Below, in pieces: positions 25,985 through 38,371 of a DNA stretch of 64,000 nucleotides. A model generated the notes under the pieces. That model had not been told where the DNA came from. It did no database searches and was given only the letters and a program-made list of their open reading frames with translations. This DNA comes from Microbotryum violaceum (Eukaryota): assembly GCA_001244265.2 (NCBI GenBank), contig CDLV01000007.1:806001-870000 (forward strand). The letters run 5' to 3'. The number at the start of each line of letters is the position of its first letter. Position 1 is the stretch's first letter. The translations under genes were made by a program, and so were the position numbers.

Positions 25985-26292
25985 GAGTACGAATCCGCAT
26001 CCACTTCGATCGAATCGGGCAAGCTGATCGGGCCTCGACATTCTCAAAACGAGGCGAGGGTTTCATGCACGACTTCGGATACCTGATAGGTATTGTGTCG
26101 GCAGGGAGTAACCCAAAACATCAGGTTGCTTGAAACACAGGAAGTCACTCCTAGGTTATAATTAGCGGGGTGTAGAGCCTGGTCCAGAAAGAGGATCGGC
26201 AGACAAAAACCAGGACAAAATGCGATATCGGGGCCATTTCGAACAGCGATTTTGACTTAATTTTTGGACTTGAAAAAGGAAACTCCTATTGG

Positions 26293-27549
26293 ATGGACAA
26301 CAACAACAACACCAACAACGCCAGCCATGCTGCTATACCACCTCTTCGCCCTGACCCTCCCGATCCTCCCGGCCAAGCCCCCGCCACCACCACCAAATCA
26401 TACTCCGCCGCGGTCGGCGCTCGCTCCGCTGCGAAGCACGGAAACGCCACCGCCAACGCCTCGACTGCCGTCGCCGCCCATCCACTGATGCACAACATCG
26501 AGAATTGTGTCATCATCAACACCCCACCCTCAACCTCGGTCGAGCAAGTCCTCCTCGCGCTTGACAAATACTACCCTGGCCTTACCGGCGCAATGCCATG
26601 CGTCATCAAGGGTCAGCGCGGCCTCCGCTTTCCCAAGGCCGCCGATCTCGACACCCTGGTGGCCAACGGCCTCACCGTTGGCAAGACTCTGTGAAAAGCC
26701 GAGAAGCTGTACAGCTCTACTAGAGGAGGTGTTGTACAATGCACCCTTACGGGCTTTTTCTCCGACCCCGAGGGCCTCTGCCTATTCGATGAGCAGATCG
26801 CTGCCTATGGCACGGTCCTCCGTCGTCGCATCCAATACATTGGAAAGACGAAACATATCTCTGGGGTGTACGACTTTATCCTTGCCCTTAAGGATGTAGA
26901 TGTTTTGCCCCCTGCCTCACTTTCTATTGCTTGTGACGGTGTCACTGAGCGAGTCCCACTGAGGATCACCGGTGGCATGCGCCACTGCGTCTTCTGCCGT
27001 TCCGCGGCTCACGTCCGTAAGGATTGCCCCGTCGCCCCGGCGTGCAAGTCCTGCGCGAGCACCTCGCACGCCACCCAGCACTGCCCGGCCCGTCATGCGT
27101 CGAGCCCCCAGGGACCCCCCACGTCACGTGCCCCGCAAGCCTCCACCGTTACCACCGCCGCCCTCGCCGCCGTGTCCAAGTCGATCTCCCCGGCCTCCGC
27201 CCACGACCGCACGACCAAAAAACGTCGAGTGGAACAGGATCTGGCTGCCCAAACTGAAGATCTGTCCAACAGAGCTCAGCCCGATTCTCTGTCGAAGAAT
27301 GCCCGCCCCGAGTTCTCCTTCAGTTTCCCTTGCAAAACTGCCACTCCTCCTGCCCCCCAGCCTGCCTCCAATCAGGGAATTGCCTACTCCCTCGTTGAAA
27401 AATCCTCCCCGCGCGGCTGTTTACTCTTGGTAGCTTTCTCATCACTCGCTCTACATTGTGGTCCTGACTTCTCGGTGTCGTGCACCCTCACCTATCGGAA
27501 GGTTAGTTATGGAATACTTATTATCACTCGCTCTACATTGTGGTCCTGA
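26293..27549 (+). pseudogene. LINE ORF1 (gag-like zinc-knuckle protein) broken by an in-frame TGA
   Basis: ORFs 26293..26694 and 26866..27549 share one frame. The only stop between them is TGA at 26692-26694. Confidence 0.8.
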
Positions 27550-27584
27550 CTTCTCGGTGTCGTGCACCCTCACCTATCGGAAGG
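27441..27584 (+). repeat. 62-bp perfect direct repeat (27441-27502 and 27523-27584) with a 20-bp AT-rich spacer
   Basis: ATCACTCGCTCTACATTGTGGTCCTGACTTCTCGGTGTCGTGCACCCTCACCTATCGGAAGG occurs twice, separated by TTAGTTATGGAATACTTATT. Confidence 0.95.
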
Positions 27585-28416
27585 CTTTACTTCCGCGCTC
27601 TCATCGTTTCTGCGATACTCTGTCCCCGACCCCCCACCCAGTCTTTGTGGACTTTGTATGCCCGGTCGTGTCTCGCTCGGAACGTCGACTTCTCGAACTA
27701 CGAGTCCTCTTCTTTCACTCGATCTGGAAGCTCTGTCGCCGTCGTCGATTCTCGTCGGATCTTTTGGAACCGATCACCGAAACGGAGTTCGAGGGGCTTC
27801 GAGCCTCTATCCAGGAGCCCAAGGGTCGCCTAGTGTCTCTGTAAGACACCGAAGGGGGTTTTAGTGGGTATGGTTGATCCTGGTTCAGGGTCAATGAGTC
27901 CTACACTACTGGCTTCTTCCAGTGTGCGTAACAGCATTCCTTCCGACTTTTCCGAAGATTTCTAGGTATTAATATAATTATGCTGTTAATGAAGTCTATC
28001 AAATAAATTAAAAAAAAACCCACGCATGCACCGTTGGGGATTAGACCAGCTACTCTGAATTGCGCACCCTTTCAAGTCCCATCGACGGGACGCGCGCGCG
28101 TCGCATAAGCTCTCACAAGCATGCGAGGTCTCCGAAAGGGTGTGAGGGAGGTCGTGAAAGTTGCCTCCCCGTCCTTCTCGGCTCGGTAGCCTACCGAGCG
28201 TACTTTTCCTCGTCAGCAGCAAGTCCCGACCATCTACCTTGCACTCCCGACTGCACTTTGAGCAGGATGCAGTCCACATTACGTGCTTCCATCACTGATT
28301 CAGGTAGGACTCGTGTGTGGCGTTCGTTGGCTGAGGCTGCGCCATCGAGAAGCGCAGCCATCCCCGATTGAATCGCAAGTCTCATCGAGCTGATTCGAGC
28401 TCCTTCGTCGTTGTCG

Positions 28417-30445
28417 ATGTCGCCCTCTTGTGCAGATGGACTTGGGCTCGGATCACCTTCCGACGACTTCCACATGATTACTCGATCTTCACCTTCACCC
28501 TGGAGCAAGTTTTTGTCCCCGTCGCTCTTCACCTCCAGTAGCACCTACGGTTCTCCTGTCACGGCACCGTCCGCCGCCGCGCCCGTAGCAGCCGCCCGAG
28601 CGTCGCAGGCGGCCCGCATCGCTGGACCCCCTCCTATCGTCGCGGTCGGAGCCTCGCTCGCTGCGCCTGGTTTCACTCATGAGCGCGAGATCAACCCTTT
28701 CGAGAAGAGTTTTGCCACGTCGGATAGCCCCGCCAAGGGCCGACCGACGCCCCAGACGGGCTCGCCGGCGCCGCGACGCCACAACAAGCGCGTCGATGCA
28801 ATGCCGATGGCGCCCCACCTCGAATCAGCCGACGCCGCCCCTCGCGTGCGATCGAAGCTCCACAAGACGATCAGCGCCGCACCGACTGGGACAGCAGTAC
28901 CTGTAGCAGCCGCCTCGACGTCCAAGGATACCGTTCAATCTACAACAACACGCCCTGCACTTGGTGTAGGACTGGTGGCTCGTCGAATGCATCGCAAGGC
29001 GACCAGTGAGAGCCTAGCACCAGGTTCGCAATCGAGCTCACCTGCGATCGATCCAATCGGCGCAGGAAGCAGCGGCGGCCGCAAGAGAGCCGCTTTCGCA
29101 CCCGCGCCGGTTGCCTCGTTCAAGTCATCGAACTCGTCGAGCTCGCGGTCGGGCCATGCCAGTGAGCGAACAAATTCGTCGACATCCAACTCTGCCGAAG
29201 ATTCCCCTGCATCATCGGTCCCGCCTTCACCGGTTCCCGACACCGAGGCCAAGCCAGCCGTGCCGAGACAGGAGTCGACCGTTGCCGCTAGTCGAAACGG
29301 CGAGGCGGATGTCGAGCAGGCTTTCGGCACTACCGCACTTGCTCGACTCGTCTCGTCGACGGTTGATAAGGGAAAAATTCAGCACTACCAACCCGCCCCT
29401 TTGCCCATTTCGTATGGTGCGCCGGCGCAGCCCTCGTCGACTTGGCGAACAGACGCCCCATCGCAGCAACAGCCACCGCAGCTGCAGAGCCAACCCACGG
29501 TTAGCATTGGCGTACCAACTACCCAAAACGACATCTCGGTTGCCTCCACCGCTTTCCTTGCTGAAGTTCAGCATTACTATGACTCCAGCTTCATGGGCCT
29601 GGATGACAGCGAAGGAGCTTTAGGTCGCTTTGACTCGTTCGACGTCTCTGCGCCGATGTCCACGCTCAACCCTGGTGCTTTCGTCGGGTTCTCTTTCGCC
29701 TCCGAAGATGCCAAGAGTAGTTCACATTGCCCATTGGACAACTCGACCTCTGGGACCACCAATGAAGGTCTTGCTCCTCGCAAGCGAGGCCGCAAGCTAA
29801 AATTGGCTGTGCCCGCAGAAGATGCCGAAACGGTCAAGGTCGAAGCTCTGGAGCGAAACAGGGTTGCGGCTTCGAAATCGCGACGACGCAAGAAGGAGCG
29901 AGTTTTTAAACTTGAGCAGAGTAAGTTTCAAAGACAATTCTTGGAAGCAACGAAGCATCGGCCGAGATATTGTCAAGCTGACCCGTGCCGACCCCTCTTC
30001 TTCGCAACAGATGCGGCCAACCTCGCTACTTCGAACGGCCAGTTACAGCAAATGTGCCAAGTCTTGTCGAACGAGCTGCACGGCTTGCGTGCGATGCTCA
30101 AGCAGCTGCACCCTCTGGACTGCGACTGTGTACACGTTCGAGGATATTGCGCTCGCGAAGCCGGCGGTGGGGGTATTCCCACGATCGAACGGATTGCTGG
30201 CCGAACGCTGTCTCTCGTGAGTACACGACAGGAAGATCAACATGGCTCGGTAACAGGAAACTGACCAGCGTCTTCATTTTTCCTATCAGGACTACACCAA
30301 GGTTCCTCGATGGGGCAGCGAAGACGATTGCTACTGCGCCGCACCGGGCATGCCGAACTCGCGATCCAAGCGAGGGGCCCCTGCAGCCGACGAAAGTCAC
30401 CCGGACACTCGGCGAGCTATACCAGTCAAGCGTGCCCGAGTCTAG
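28417..30445 (+). CDS. ATF1/AtfA-like bZIP transcription factor
   Basis: Aft1-OSA-like EREINPFEKSF, basic region LERNRVAASKSRRRKKE, a leucine zipper across an intron, then H..C.C motif. Last exon and stop at 30445 are inferred from GTGAGT..CAG splicing. Confidence 0.85.
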
Positions 30446-31468
30446 GTTCTTCTCACGTTCGACCACCTGAGTTGATATCGAAAGCTGCCTATACACGACA
30501 GGCTTGCTTTCCTCATTCAATACTGGTGCGAAGGCACAAACGACACGCCCACGAGTCTCCATCCGCCAACTTATCCACCTCCCATCCACTCCAACTCTGC
30601 CGATCTATCCCTTTCATCCCCTTCACTCCCTGGTTCCGCTCGACCAGCCTCTGTCTGCTTGCGTCCAGTCTACCTTCGCTCCCGCCGCTGCCATTCTGGC
30701 AGCTTACACGATGCCCTCTTCACCTTTAACATATCTATCCCCAAGAATCAGCATGTTGTTCAGCAGTACTTCCCTATACATGGAAGAAGTCTGTGTACCT
30801 TTATACACGGTGTGTTTTTCTCTGTGCATAGTTTCTGTCCCTCTGTGCGTTGTCCCTTTGTGTGATGTTGTAATGTTGTAACGGGTGCCGCAATTCAAGT
30901 TTGCAGAAGCGATACACGTTCCACCGCTGCTTCGGCCCGATTTGGTTGAGCGGATTCGATCCTCGTCATATAATATCTCTCGGACCTCGGAAAAGCTACA
31001 GCTATCAAGCAGCTCCTCCACATACGTACGGGGGCTTTCCGACGGGAAGATCGCCCCGGCGTCTCGGACATTAGGAGCTCGAGAGGTTCGGGGCACTCTG
31101 ATGCGATGCCGAGCTGCAGCGCTTATTGACAGTGCGCATTTGCTTACGGCGCTTACTTGGGTTCGGCAGACTGGCCGGGCACACTCCGATTTAATAGCTT
31201 GAAGCAGGGTCAGGCATACGAAGCGCGCTGTGGAGTATGCCTGATTCGAGGGATCAACCTTTCCGCGGGTTTAGCCGAACCTGATCAGCCGAATGGCTAT
31301 TTTGCTCTGAAGCTACTCCTACCCTTCGACGTCGCGAGTTGAAGGTTCAGCTATTTTTTGAGTGCACTAGGGCTCGCTTGAGTGCATCAAAGCATTCCTT
31401 ACAGCAAAGTTGTTGCTGCCTGGATTATTCGCGAGAGGTTATGGTGGTCGGACACCATGAGCGGCAGA

Positions 31469-31509
31469 CTATCACGAGCGGACCCGCCAGTGATAAGCGC
31501 CAGCGATAG
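31469..31509. promoter_or_regulatory. Cluster of GATA motifs upstream of the amine oxidase
   Basis: CTATCA at 31469, TGATAA at 31491 and CGATAG at 31504, 155-195 bp before the ATG. Confidence 0.4.
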
Positions 31510-31663
31510 CGCTTCCGGGCGCTTATTGCGAAGCGCTTCCCCGCGTTTCTAACTGACCTCCGCTGCTGTCCTCCCAGTCGATCCGTTGACTTCTGTTCCT
31601 CTCACTTTCCTTTCCTTTCATTTCCATTCATCACAAGAAATATCCATTCTCTTTTACAACCCC

Positions 31664-34426
31664 ATGCCTTCCGTCGAAGCCATCTCCTCCGCTCCCGGCG
31701 CCGGCGGTGCTCGCACCAAGGCCCACCCTCTCGACCCACTGACGGTCGTGGAAATTCAACTCGTTTCGGCTGCGTTCAAGAATGAGATGTTCCAACGCGG
31801 CGTCCTAAATGTTAAATCATGCCATGTTGACCTCGTAGAGCGTAAGTTAATCCGTTCTTATACTCGGAATTCTGATGATGAGGGCACGTGACCCGAATGA
31901 TGTCGTGGTGACAAGCTTAAACCCTCGCCAGGCTAGAGGTTATCGGGGGACCGAGACGAGATTGTCCCGCTGTGTCACTTCCGCACGAAGACCATTACGC
32001 TGACTTCGCCCTTCCCTTGCCCAAACCAGCGCCTAAACTGGAGGTGATCGCCTACCTCGGCATCTCCACCTCGCCCACAGATGTCTCACCCGTCTCTTCA
32101 GGAGTCATGCCCAAGCGACGAGCCGAAGCCGCTTTGATCGACACCCTCACGGGCGACGTCTACGTCCTGACAGCGGAGATCGTCGCAGGCACCAAGGCCA
32201 TCGTCGAAAAAGTGGAGAAACTTCCCGAAGGTGTTCAGCCCGCCATCACGAACGAGGAGATGACCCAGAGTGAGGAAGTCGTCAGGAACGACCCTGAGGT
32301 TATTCGTCTGTGCGCCGAAGTCGGTGAGTTTGCTCGAGCTCTTCTTCCTGCGAGAATCTTGTGGTGGCTGAACGATCATCATTTGTTCGGTGTTGGTGAT
32401 GGATCAGGTGTCAAAAAAGAGCAAATCATGTGCGACTGCTGGTCGATCGGCTACGAACACCGATTCGGTAAAGGGGTCAGGCTGCAGCAAGCTTTCGTCT
32501 ATGCTCGTCTTGGAGCCGATGAGCACCTCTACGCCCACCCACTCGACTTCAACTGCGTCGTCGATACGAATGCTGGCAAGATACTCAAAATTGGTGAGTT
32601 GATCGGACGTGTTTCTATCATCGTTTCGATCCACGAGCTGACGTGAGATCTGGCCCATTGCAGATTTTGCACCCCACCGTACCTCAGCAACGGCCCCTAA
32701 CGCTCTGTCTGGCACGACAGCGCCGCACACGGTTGAAGGCGACTCGTTCAAGAATTCGGGCCGAGATCGCATCCCCCCACCTTTGGAGCGCCATGATTAT
32801 CTCCCCGACTTGATCCGCGAAAAGGCCCAGAGCGAAGGACGCGATTGGGACGTGCGCCAGGACTTGAAGCCGCTCCATGTCCAGCAACCCGAGGGCGTGT
32901 CGTTCGAGATTAAGGGCAATCGCATCAAGTGGCAGCATTGGGATATGCACATTGGCTTCAACGTGGGTATATGGCGACGTGAGACGTGGTACCCGAGGCG
33001 TTCGATGTAAGAAGCTGACCCTCTTACTGCGCACCAGTACCGAGAAGGCATCGTGCTCAATCACGTCCAGCACTTTGACCGCGAAGAAGGTCGCTATCGC
33101 CCCATCATGTACCGCGCTTCGTTTGCCGAGATGGTCGTCCCTTACGCCGCACCCGAGTGGCCCCACCCTCGCAAATTTGCTTTCGACGTCGGAGAATACG
33201 GTATCGGCATGATGGCCAACAGTCTTACCCTTGGGTGCGATTGTCTTGGCTCGATTCATTGTGAGTGTATGAAATTACAGAATTTCGGGGAGGCTTTCGC
33301 AACCGGGGTGCTGATTTCTCTTTTTATTTCGGCCTGACAGACCTCGACGCCGTGATGAGTGGTCACGATGGACAACCGATCAAGCTCGACCGTGCCGTCT
33401 GCATCCACGAAGAGGACGACGGCCTTCTCTGGAAGCACACCGACTTCCGACCCGGAGGACGAGCGCATTCTGTCCGCTCGCGCAAGCTCATCATCCAAAT
33501 GATTTGCACCGTCGCCAACTACGAATACCTCTTTGCTTGGGGCTTCAAACAAGACGGCACGATGGAGTTGGAGATCAAGCTCACGGGCATCCTCAACACC
33601 TACCTGCTCGCTCAGGGTGAAGAAGCCGAAGCGTTTGGCACTCAAGTTGCTCCTCGGATCGTTGCTCATCACCATCAACACATCTTTTGTTTGCGCCTCG
33701 ATCCTATGATCGATGGACTCAACAACTCCATCGTCGAGACGGAGATCCATCCTCTCGAAGCTCCTACAGGTTCGGATGAGAATTGGGCTGGCAACGGTTT
33801 TGAAGCGAGGAAGCGGGTTCTGCAAACCACAAAGGAGGGAGCTCGGCTTGCGGATGCACCTTCCTCGCGCATGTGGTCCTTCATCAACCAGGACAAGAAG
33901 CATTACTCGACGGGTACCGCCGCAGGATACAAGTTGATGTGCAAGGACTTCCCCCCTCTCCTCGCAAAGGAAGATTCCCTTGTCGCTCGTCGCGCGACCT
34001 TTGCGAAGAAGAATCTCTGGGTGACCCCCTTTGTCGACGGACAATTCTTCCCGGCTGGAAAGTACCCGACGCAGTCGTTCGAGGCCCCGGAGGATTCGTT
34101 GGAGTTTTGGATCAAGGATGATAAGCCGATCGTGCAGAAGGATATTGTCACTTGGGTATCGTTTGGCGTCACGCATTTGCCGAGGGCGGAGGATTTCCCC
34201 GTTAGTAAGTCGAGTTGGACTTCTTTCCATGACCTTTGCTACCGCAGGTTTCATCGGACTGACCACATCATGTTACAATCCAATAGTGCCCGCCGAACAC
34301 GTGCTCCTCCAACTCAAGCCCGTCAACTTTTTCCGTGCCAACCCTAGTCTCGACATTCCCGCTTCCTCTGATGCGAGGTCCGTCATGGCTTTGCCGCAGA
34401 ACGCAGGGAATGAGCGTTGCCATTGA
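31664..34426 (+). CDS. Copper amine oxidase (TPQ-dependent), multi-exon
   Basis: HPLDPLT N-terminus, EMVVPY, AFDVGEYG (catalytic Asp), LGCDCLG, TPQ motif VANYEY at about 33511-33528, copper ligands HHHQH and THLPRAEDFPV. Confidence 0.96.
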
Positions 34427-34676
34427 AATTGGAATCGGCATACTTGAGCCTGGAGAAAGGACAGCGAGATGGGACTGTCTTTGAGTTGAGGTTTGTGGGC
34501 TTGTTTGTACTTGCTCTTGTTAGCTTAGTGTTTAGAGCCCTAAGTTATCGGTTGTCAGTCATCTCTGTCTTTGTTTGTGTGAATACAGTCATCATCATAC
34601 ACGCAACGAGTTCCGAGAGCTGATACAACAACAGCAAATCAAAAGTACCCCCACCCCAGGGCACCGAAATAGCCCT

Positions 34677-36731
34677 TTATTCAATCCTCTTTCCCCGTCC
34701 CTCAACGACTGTATCAACCCTCTCCAGCCCAACTTCCAACACACCCCATCCAAGAACACCTCCCGCCTCTTCTCTCGCCATCCTCTTCCTCAAAGGCCTC
34801 AAGAATTCCTCCTCAACTTTGGCAAAGCCTTTCCAAATCCCCGTTTGATCCGCTTCGTCCCGCGAAAGAAGGAGGTATAATAGCGAAAGCTGTTCATGAA
34901 TCGTCTTGGTTCGATCCTCGTCTGCTTCTTCGAATTTGTTTAAATCGAAGGGTCCAATTTTAAAAAGCTCCTCGAACTCGATCAAGAGGAGAGGTGAGAG
35001 CCAGAGCCCCCCTTTCTCCTGGTCGATCCCATTGCGAAGTTTGTCGACCTCATTAAACTTCCTCAACAAAACTTTCCTCAAAATCCCGATCGAAGCGGAT
35101 CGAAGACTCGGGTAGGGACAAGTTTCGATCAAGTCTTTGAGGCTTAGGATTTGTGTCGCTTCGGTTGGGACGAGGTCGAGTACGAGGGTTGTTAAGAGGG
35201 AAAAAGCGATGAAGCGCCTGGAGGGAGCGGGAGAGAGGGATGTGAGGGTGCTGATGATCTGATTGGGGTGGAACAGTAGGAGAGGGTGTATCAATACATC
35301 TGCTTCACAATACTTCGACGGATGTGATAGGACGTACTTCCACCAGAGGGAAGAAGACCTCTTCACCCACCACTTCGCCTTCTTGTGCAGCCCCTTGAAC
35401 GCACCACCAAAGCCAAAACAAGGCCTCGTCGACCCGTCCTTGTCCGCTGGACCCTTCCCTCGCGATACCGATTAAAAGACCCAACGTCTTTCGAAGGAGT
35501 CTTGAGTATACTCCATTGTTGAGGTCTCCCTCAGGATCTTCACCCATCGTCTTCACCCAAATTCTATCCTCAGGATCACGAGCTAGTACCTGAATGAACA
35601 ACTCGAACGCTCCTCGATTCGAGGGAGCCAACGCGAAGAGTTGCGCAAGTTCGAGGTAGAATCTATCACGGACAAAGTCGATCAAAGTGGTCCAAGCTTG
35701 TTGGACGAGAGGGTCGAGGGTCGGTGTTGCTCGATGAGGTATTCGTCGGTGCGGGGATTGGGAGTAGAAGTAGGTCTCAGCGAGGGAAACGGGGAAGAAA
35801 AGGGCAAGATTGAAAGCGGTTTCGAATAGGTGGGATCGAAGGAGGACGTGACACTGTTGATACGGTTCGGAGTCAGTATGAGTCATGTGACGTTGGGTCT
35901 TGGGCCACGTTGGAAAGACCCCACCTCTTGCTGCTGCGCATCAGACCACGTAGTTTTGGTGATGATCGTCTCGGTGAAATCAACAACCATCTTGGCCAAT
36001 ACGACCGCATCTGATGCCGTTACAGGATGGATGGTGCAGTGGATTCGGAGGATCGACGTCACCGAGGCGGTGGCAGTCTCGAGGAAGCGTGACGGTTTAG
36101 CTGTTTTGATTCGGGGAAAGACTATACTCGTTTATCGGGACAAGGGATGGTCAGCGACTACATAGAAAGGAAAAAACTCGCGGACATACCGTGGGCATAT
36201 ATGTCGACAAGTGCGACGAGCTCTCTGAGTTGTGAATGGGGTGATGGATCCCGCCCGTGCTCCTCGTTGTCGTTCCCGGATTCAGAATCTTCATCGACGT
36301 GCCGTTGCTCCTGACTGGCTTGACCAAGTTGGGCGATTTTTTCCTCCAACGCGACGACTACTTCTTTGGCACTTGCATGAGATGCGAACAGATTGACTGC
36401 TTCTTGTGCGAGTTGTGCCTTTGCAGAGTCGGCGGGGAGAGCGAGTAAAGGGGTGAGGAGGAGCAAGGGCGGGAAAGGATCATCAAAGGGGGTGTGCTGG
36501 TTGAAGCATGGCCAAGTCAGCGGTGTTCAGTAGGGTTTTCATACGATGAGGGCCTACCTCGAGTGAAGATGGGCCGTCTTGTCGCTGTATCGCCTGAGCA
36601 TGTCGCTCCAACTCGCTGACGAGCGCTTCGAGCTCAGCTGTCGAAGCCGGGCCGGGGCCGGGGCGAGACAGTGCTTGATCGAGTCGATCTTGCCATGACG
36701 GGTTTGGCGTGACGTGGCTCTGGGTGCTCAT
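34677..36731 (-). CDS. YAP-binding/ALF4/glomulin (Ybp1/2-like) helical protein
   Basis: LFASHASAKEVVVALEE and LKDLIETCPYPSLRSASIGILRKVL resemble conserved blocks of this family. Multi-exon; start uncertain. Confidence 0.6.
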
Positions 36732-37033
36732 GAGAGATCGAGCCACGCGCGGTGATGAGAGTACGAGCCGAACCCGACGCGAGCCGAGTTAGTGGTCATG
36801 CGGCGTGCTCGAGACGTGGTCCGTGCGCGTTGGCAGTCCCGCACGACGTCATTAGTAATGCTAATTAATGAGCACTAGTGAGCCGGACGGGCGGCGCGTC
36901 GTCGCTCGGCTCCTAACCCTCCACCCCCCCACCCCCCCCCACACGGCTGACATCGTCACAGGCACGTCAATCACAGCGCACCCTTACACCTCATACCGCT
37001 CATCAAGACATAGACCAAGACCCACACCTGGAG

Positions 37034-38371
37034 ATGTCGCTGCTGCACGCGTTGATCGCGCGTGACACGGTCGTCCTCGTCGAACACGACCATGCACCGC
37101 ACACCCCCAACAACTACGCACAGGGCAAGTCACACCAGAGGCAGGCCACTTTGCTTAATCGCTGACCCCGTACGTATCTGATCTCCATGTACACGCCCCG
37201 CGCCGCGCATGGGCTCTTTCGGACGTGCTCTCCTGTGCATCACCGGCCTCACGCGGACCATGACCACAGCCACCCAAACAATCCTATCCAAGATTCCACC
37301 CAACGACTCCAAGCTCACCTATGCCGGTTAGCCATCCTCTTGACTGCGGATCGCCAAGCCCGTCGTTCGAGTTCGAACTGACGATCCAGTCCACCGTCCC
37401 CCACAGCCGAAAACCTTCTGATCCACTACCACAAAGCCAACGGCATCGTCGCCATGGTCGTAGCTCAGGATTCGGCAGGGAGGAGGATGCCTTTTGCTTT
37501 CCTCGCCGACCTCTTCAAACATGTGCGTTCGTCGGGGCATGACTCGAACGTGGGCTGGCAACTCGGCGCTGATTCGGCGTTTGATCGGTGCAGTTCCACC
37601 AAAAATTCACCTACGAGCAGATCGGGGATGCTCCCGCTTTTGGTTGTAACTCGTTCGAAAACGACATGTCCAAATTGATGGTCAGTACCGGCTCCAGAGA
37701 CGGGTGGGGCATCGTCGACGCACGCCGGGCCCCCCACATCGGTGCTGAGAATCGTTCCTGTCGCTGCAGACATTCTACGAGGAGACACCACCGAATGATC
37801 CTATCAAGGTAAGCCTAGTTCTTTGATGAGCCTCACCGTGATCCCACTCTTTTTCTAACCTTTACCTGCTCACTCTCCGCAGGCGGCTCAAGCCGAGCTC
37901 GCCGGTGTAAAGGTGAGCGTGGGCGCTTGACGATCACATGCGGCGCTTTCTGATCGAGGAGTGCCGAAAACTCACCAGGACATTATGGTTCGAAACATCG
38001 ACGCTGTACTATCAAGAGGCGAGAGGTTAGTCATCCGATTTGCAACTAGTCTAGCCCTCTCCCCCCGGTGGCTGACACGAAGCGACCCGCTCCACGAATA
38101 GGATCGAGTTGTTGGTCGACAAGACGGACCAAATGTCGAACCAAGCTCGAGCGTTTCGTAAGCGAGCAACGGTGCTCAGAAGGAAGATGTGGTGGAAAAA
38201 CATCAAGGTCTTGATCGCGATTGGCTTGTCCGCTACAGTCAGTCTGAGCGGAGTTTTCCGCGCTTTCTTTCCTCTCGATGCTGATTTCGGCTGCTACCCT
38301 CGTTGCAGCTTCTCCTGTATCTCATCGCCGCGAGCTTCTGTGGGGCCAAGCTCAAGTGCACGGCCACATGA
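37034..38371 (+). CDS. VAMP7: Longin-domain R-SNARE (VAMP7/Nyv1-like), about 10 short exons
   Basis: MSLLHALIARDTVVLVEH, TILSKIPPNDSKLTY, AGRRMPFAFLADL, VKDIMVRNIDAVLSRGERIELLVDKTD, LRRKMWWKNIK plus a TM segment. Confidence 0.92.

Larger units (their letters stand above)
26293..28018 (+). mobile_element. Defective non-LTR retrotransposon (LINE, L1/Tx1-like): ORF1, 3' remnant of ORF2, 3' UTR and poly(A); endonuclease and RT deleted
   Basis: ORF1 starts with PDPPDPP and SYSAAV and has two CCHC knuckles (CVFCRSAAHVRKDC, CKSCASTSHATQHC). The tail LFFHSIWKLCRRRRF resembles the IWK.RN...F end of LINE ORF2. AATAAA at 28002-28007 and A9 at 28010-28018. 5' boundary and TSD not found. Confidence 0.8.

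Noticed and set aside
27441..27584. Repeat-spacer-repeat resembling a CRISPR unit
   Set aside because: Only two 62-bp copies, eukaryotic context, no cas genes; it is a local duplication within a LINE.
33256..34266. 336-aa antisense ORF over the amine oxidase, and similar antisense ORFs over MSH3, POL5 and APL4
   Set aside because: Shadow ORFs caused by GC-rich codon bias on the coding strand.
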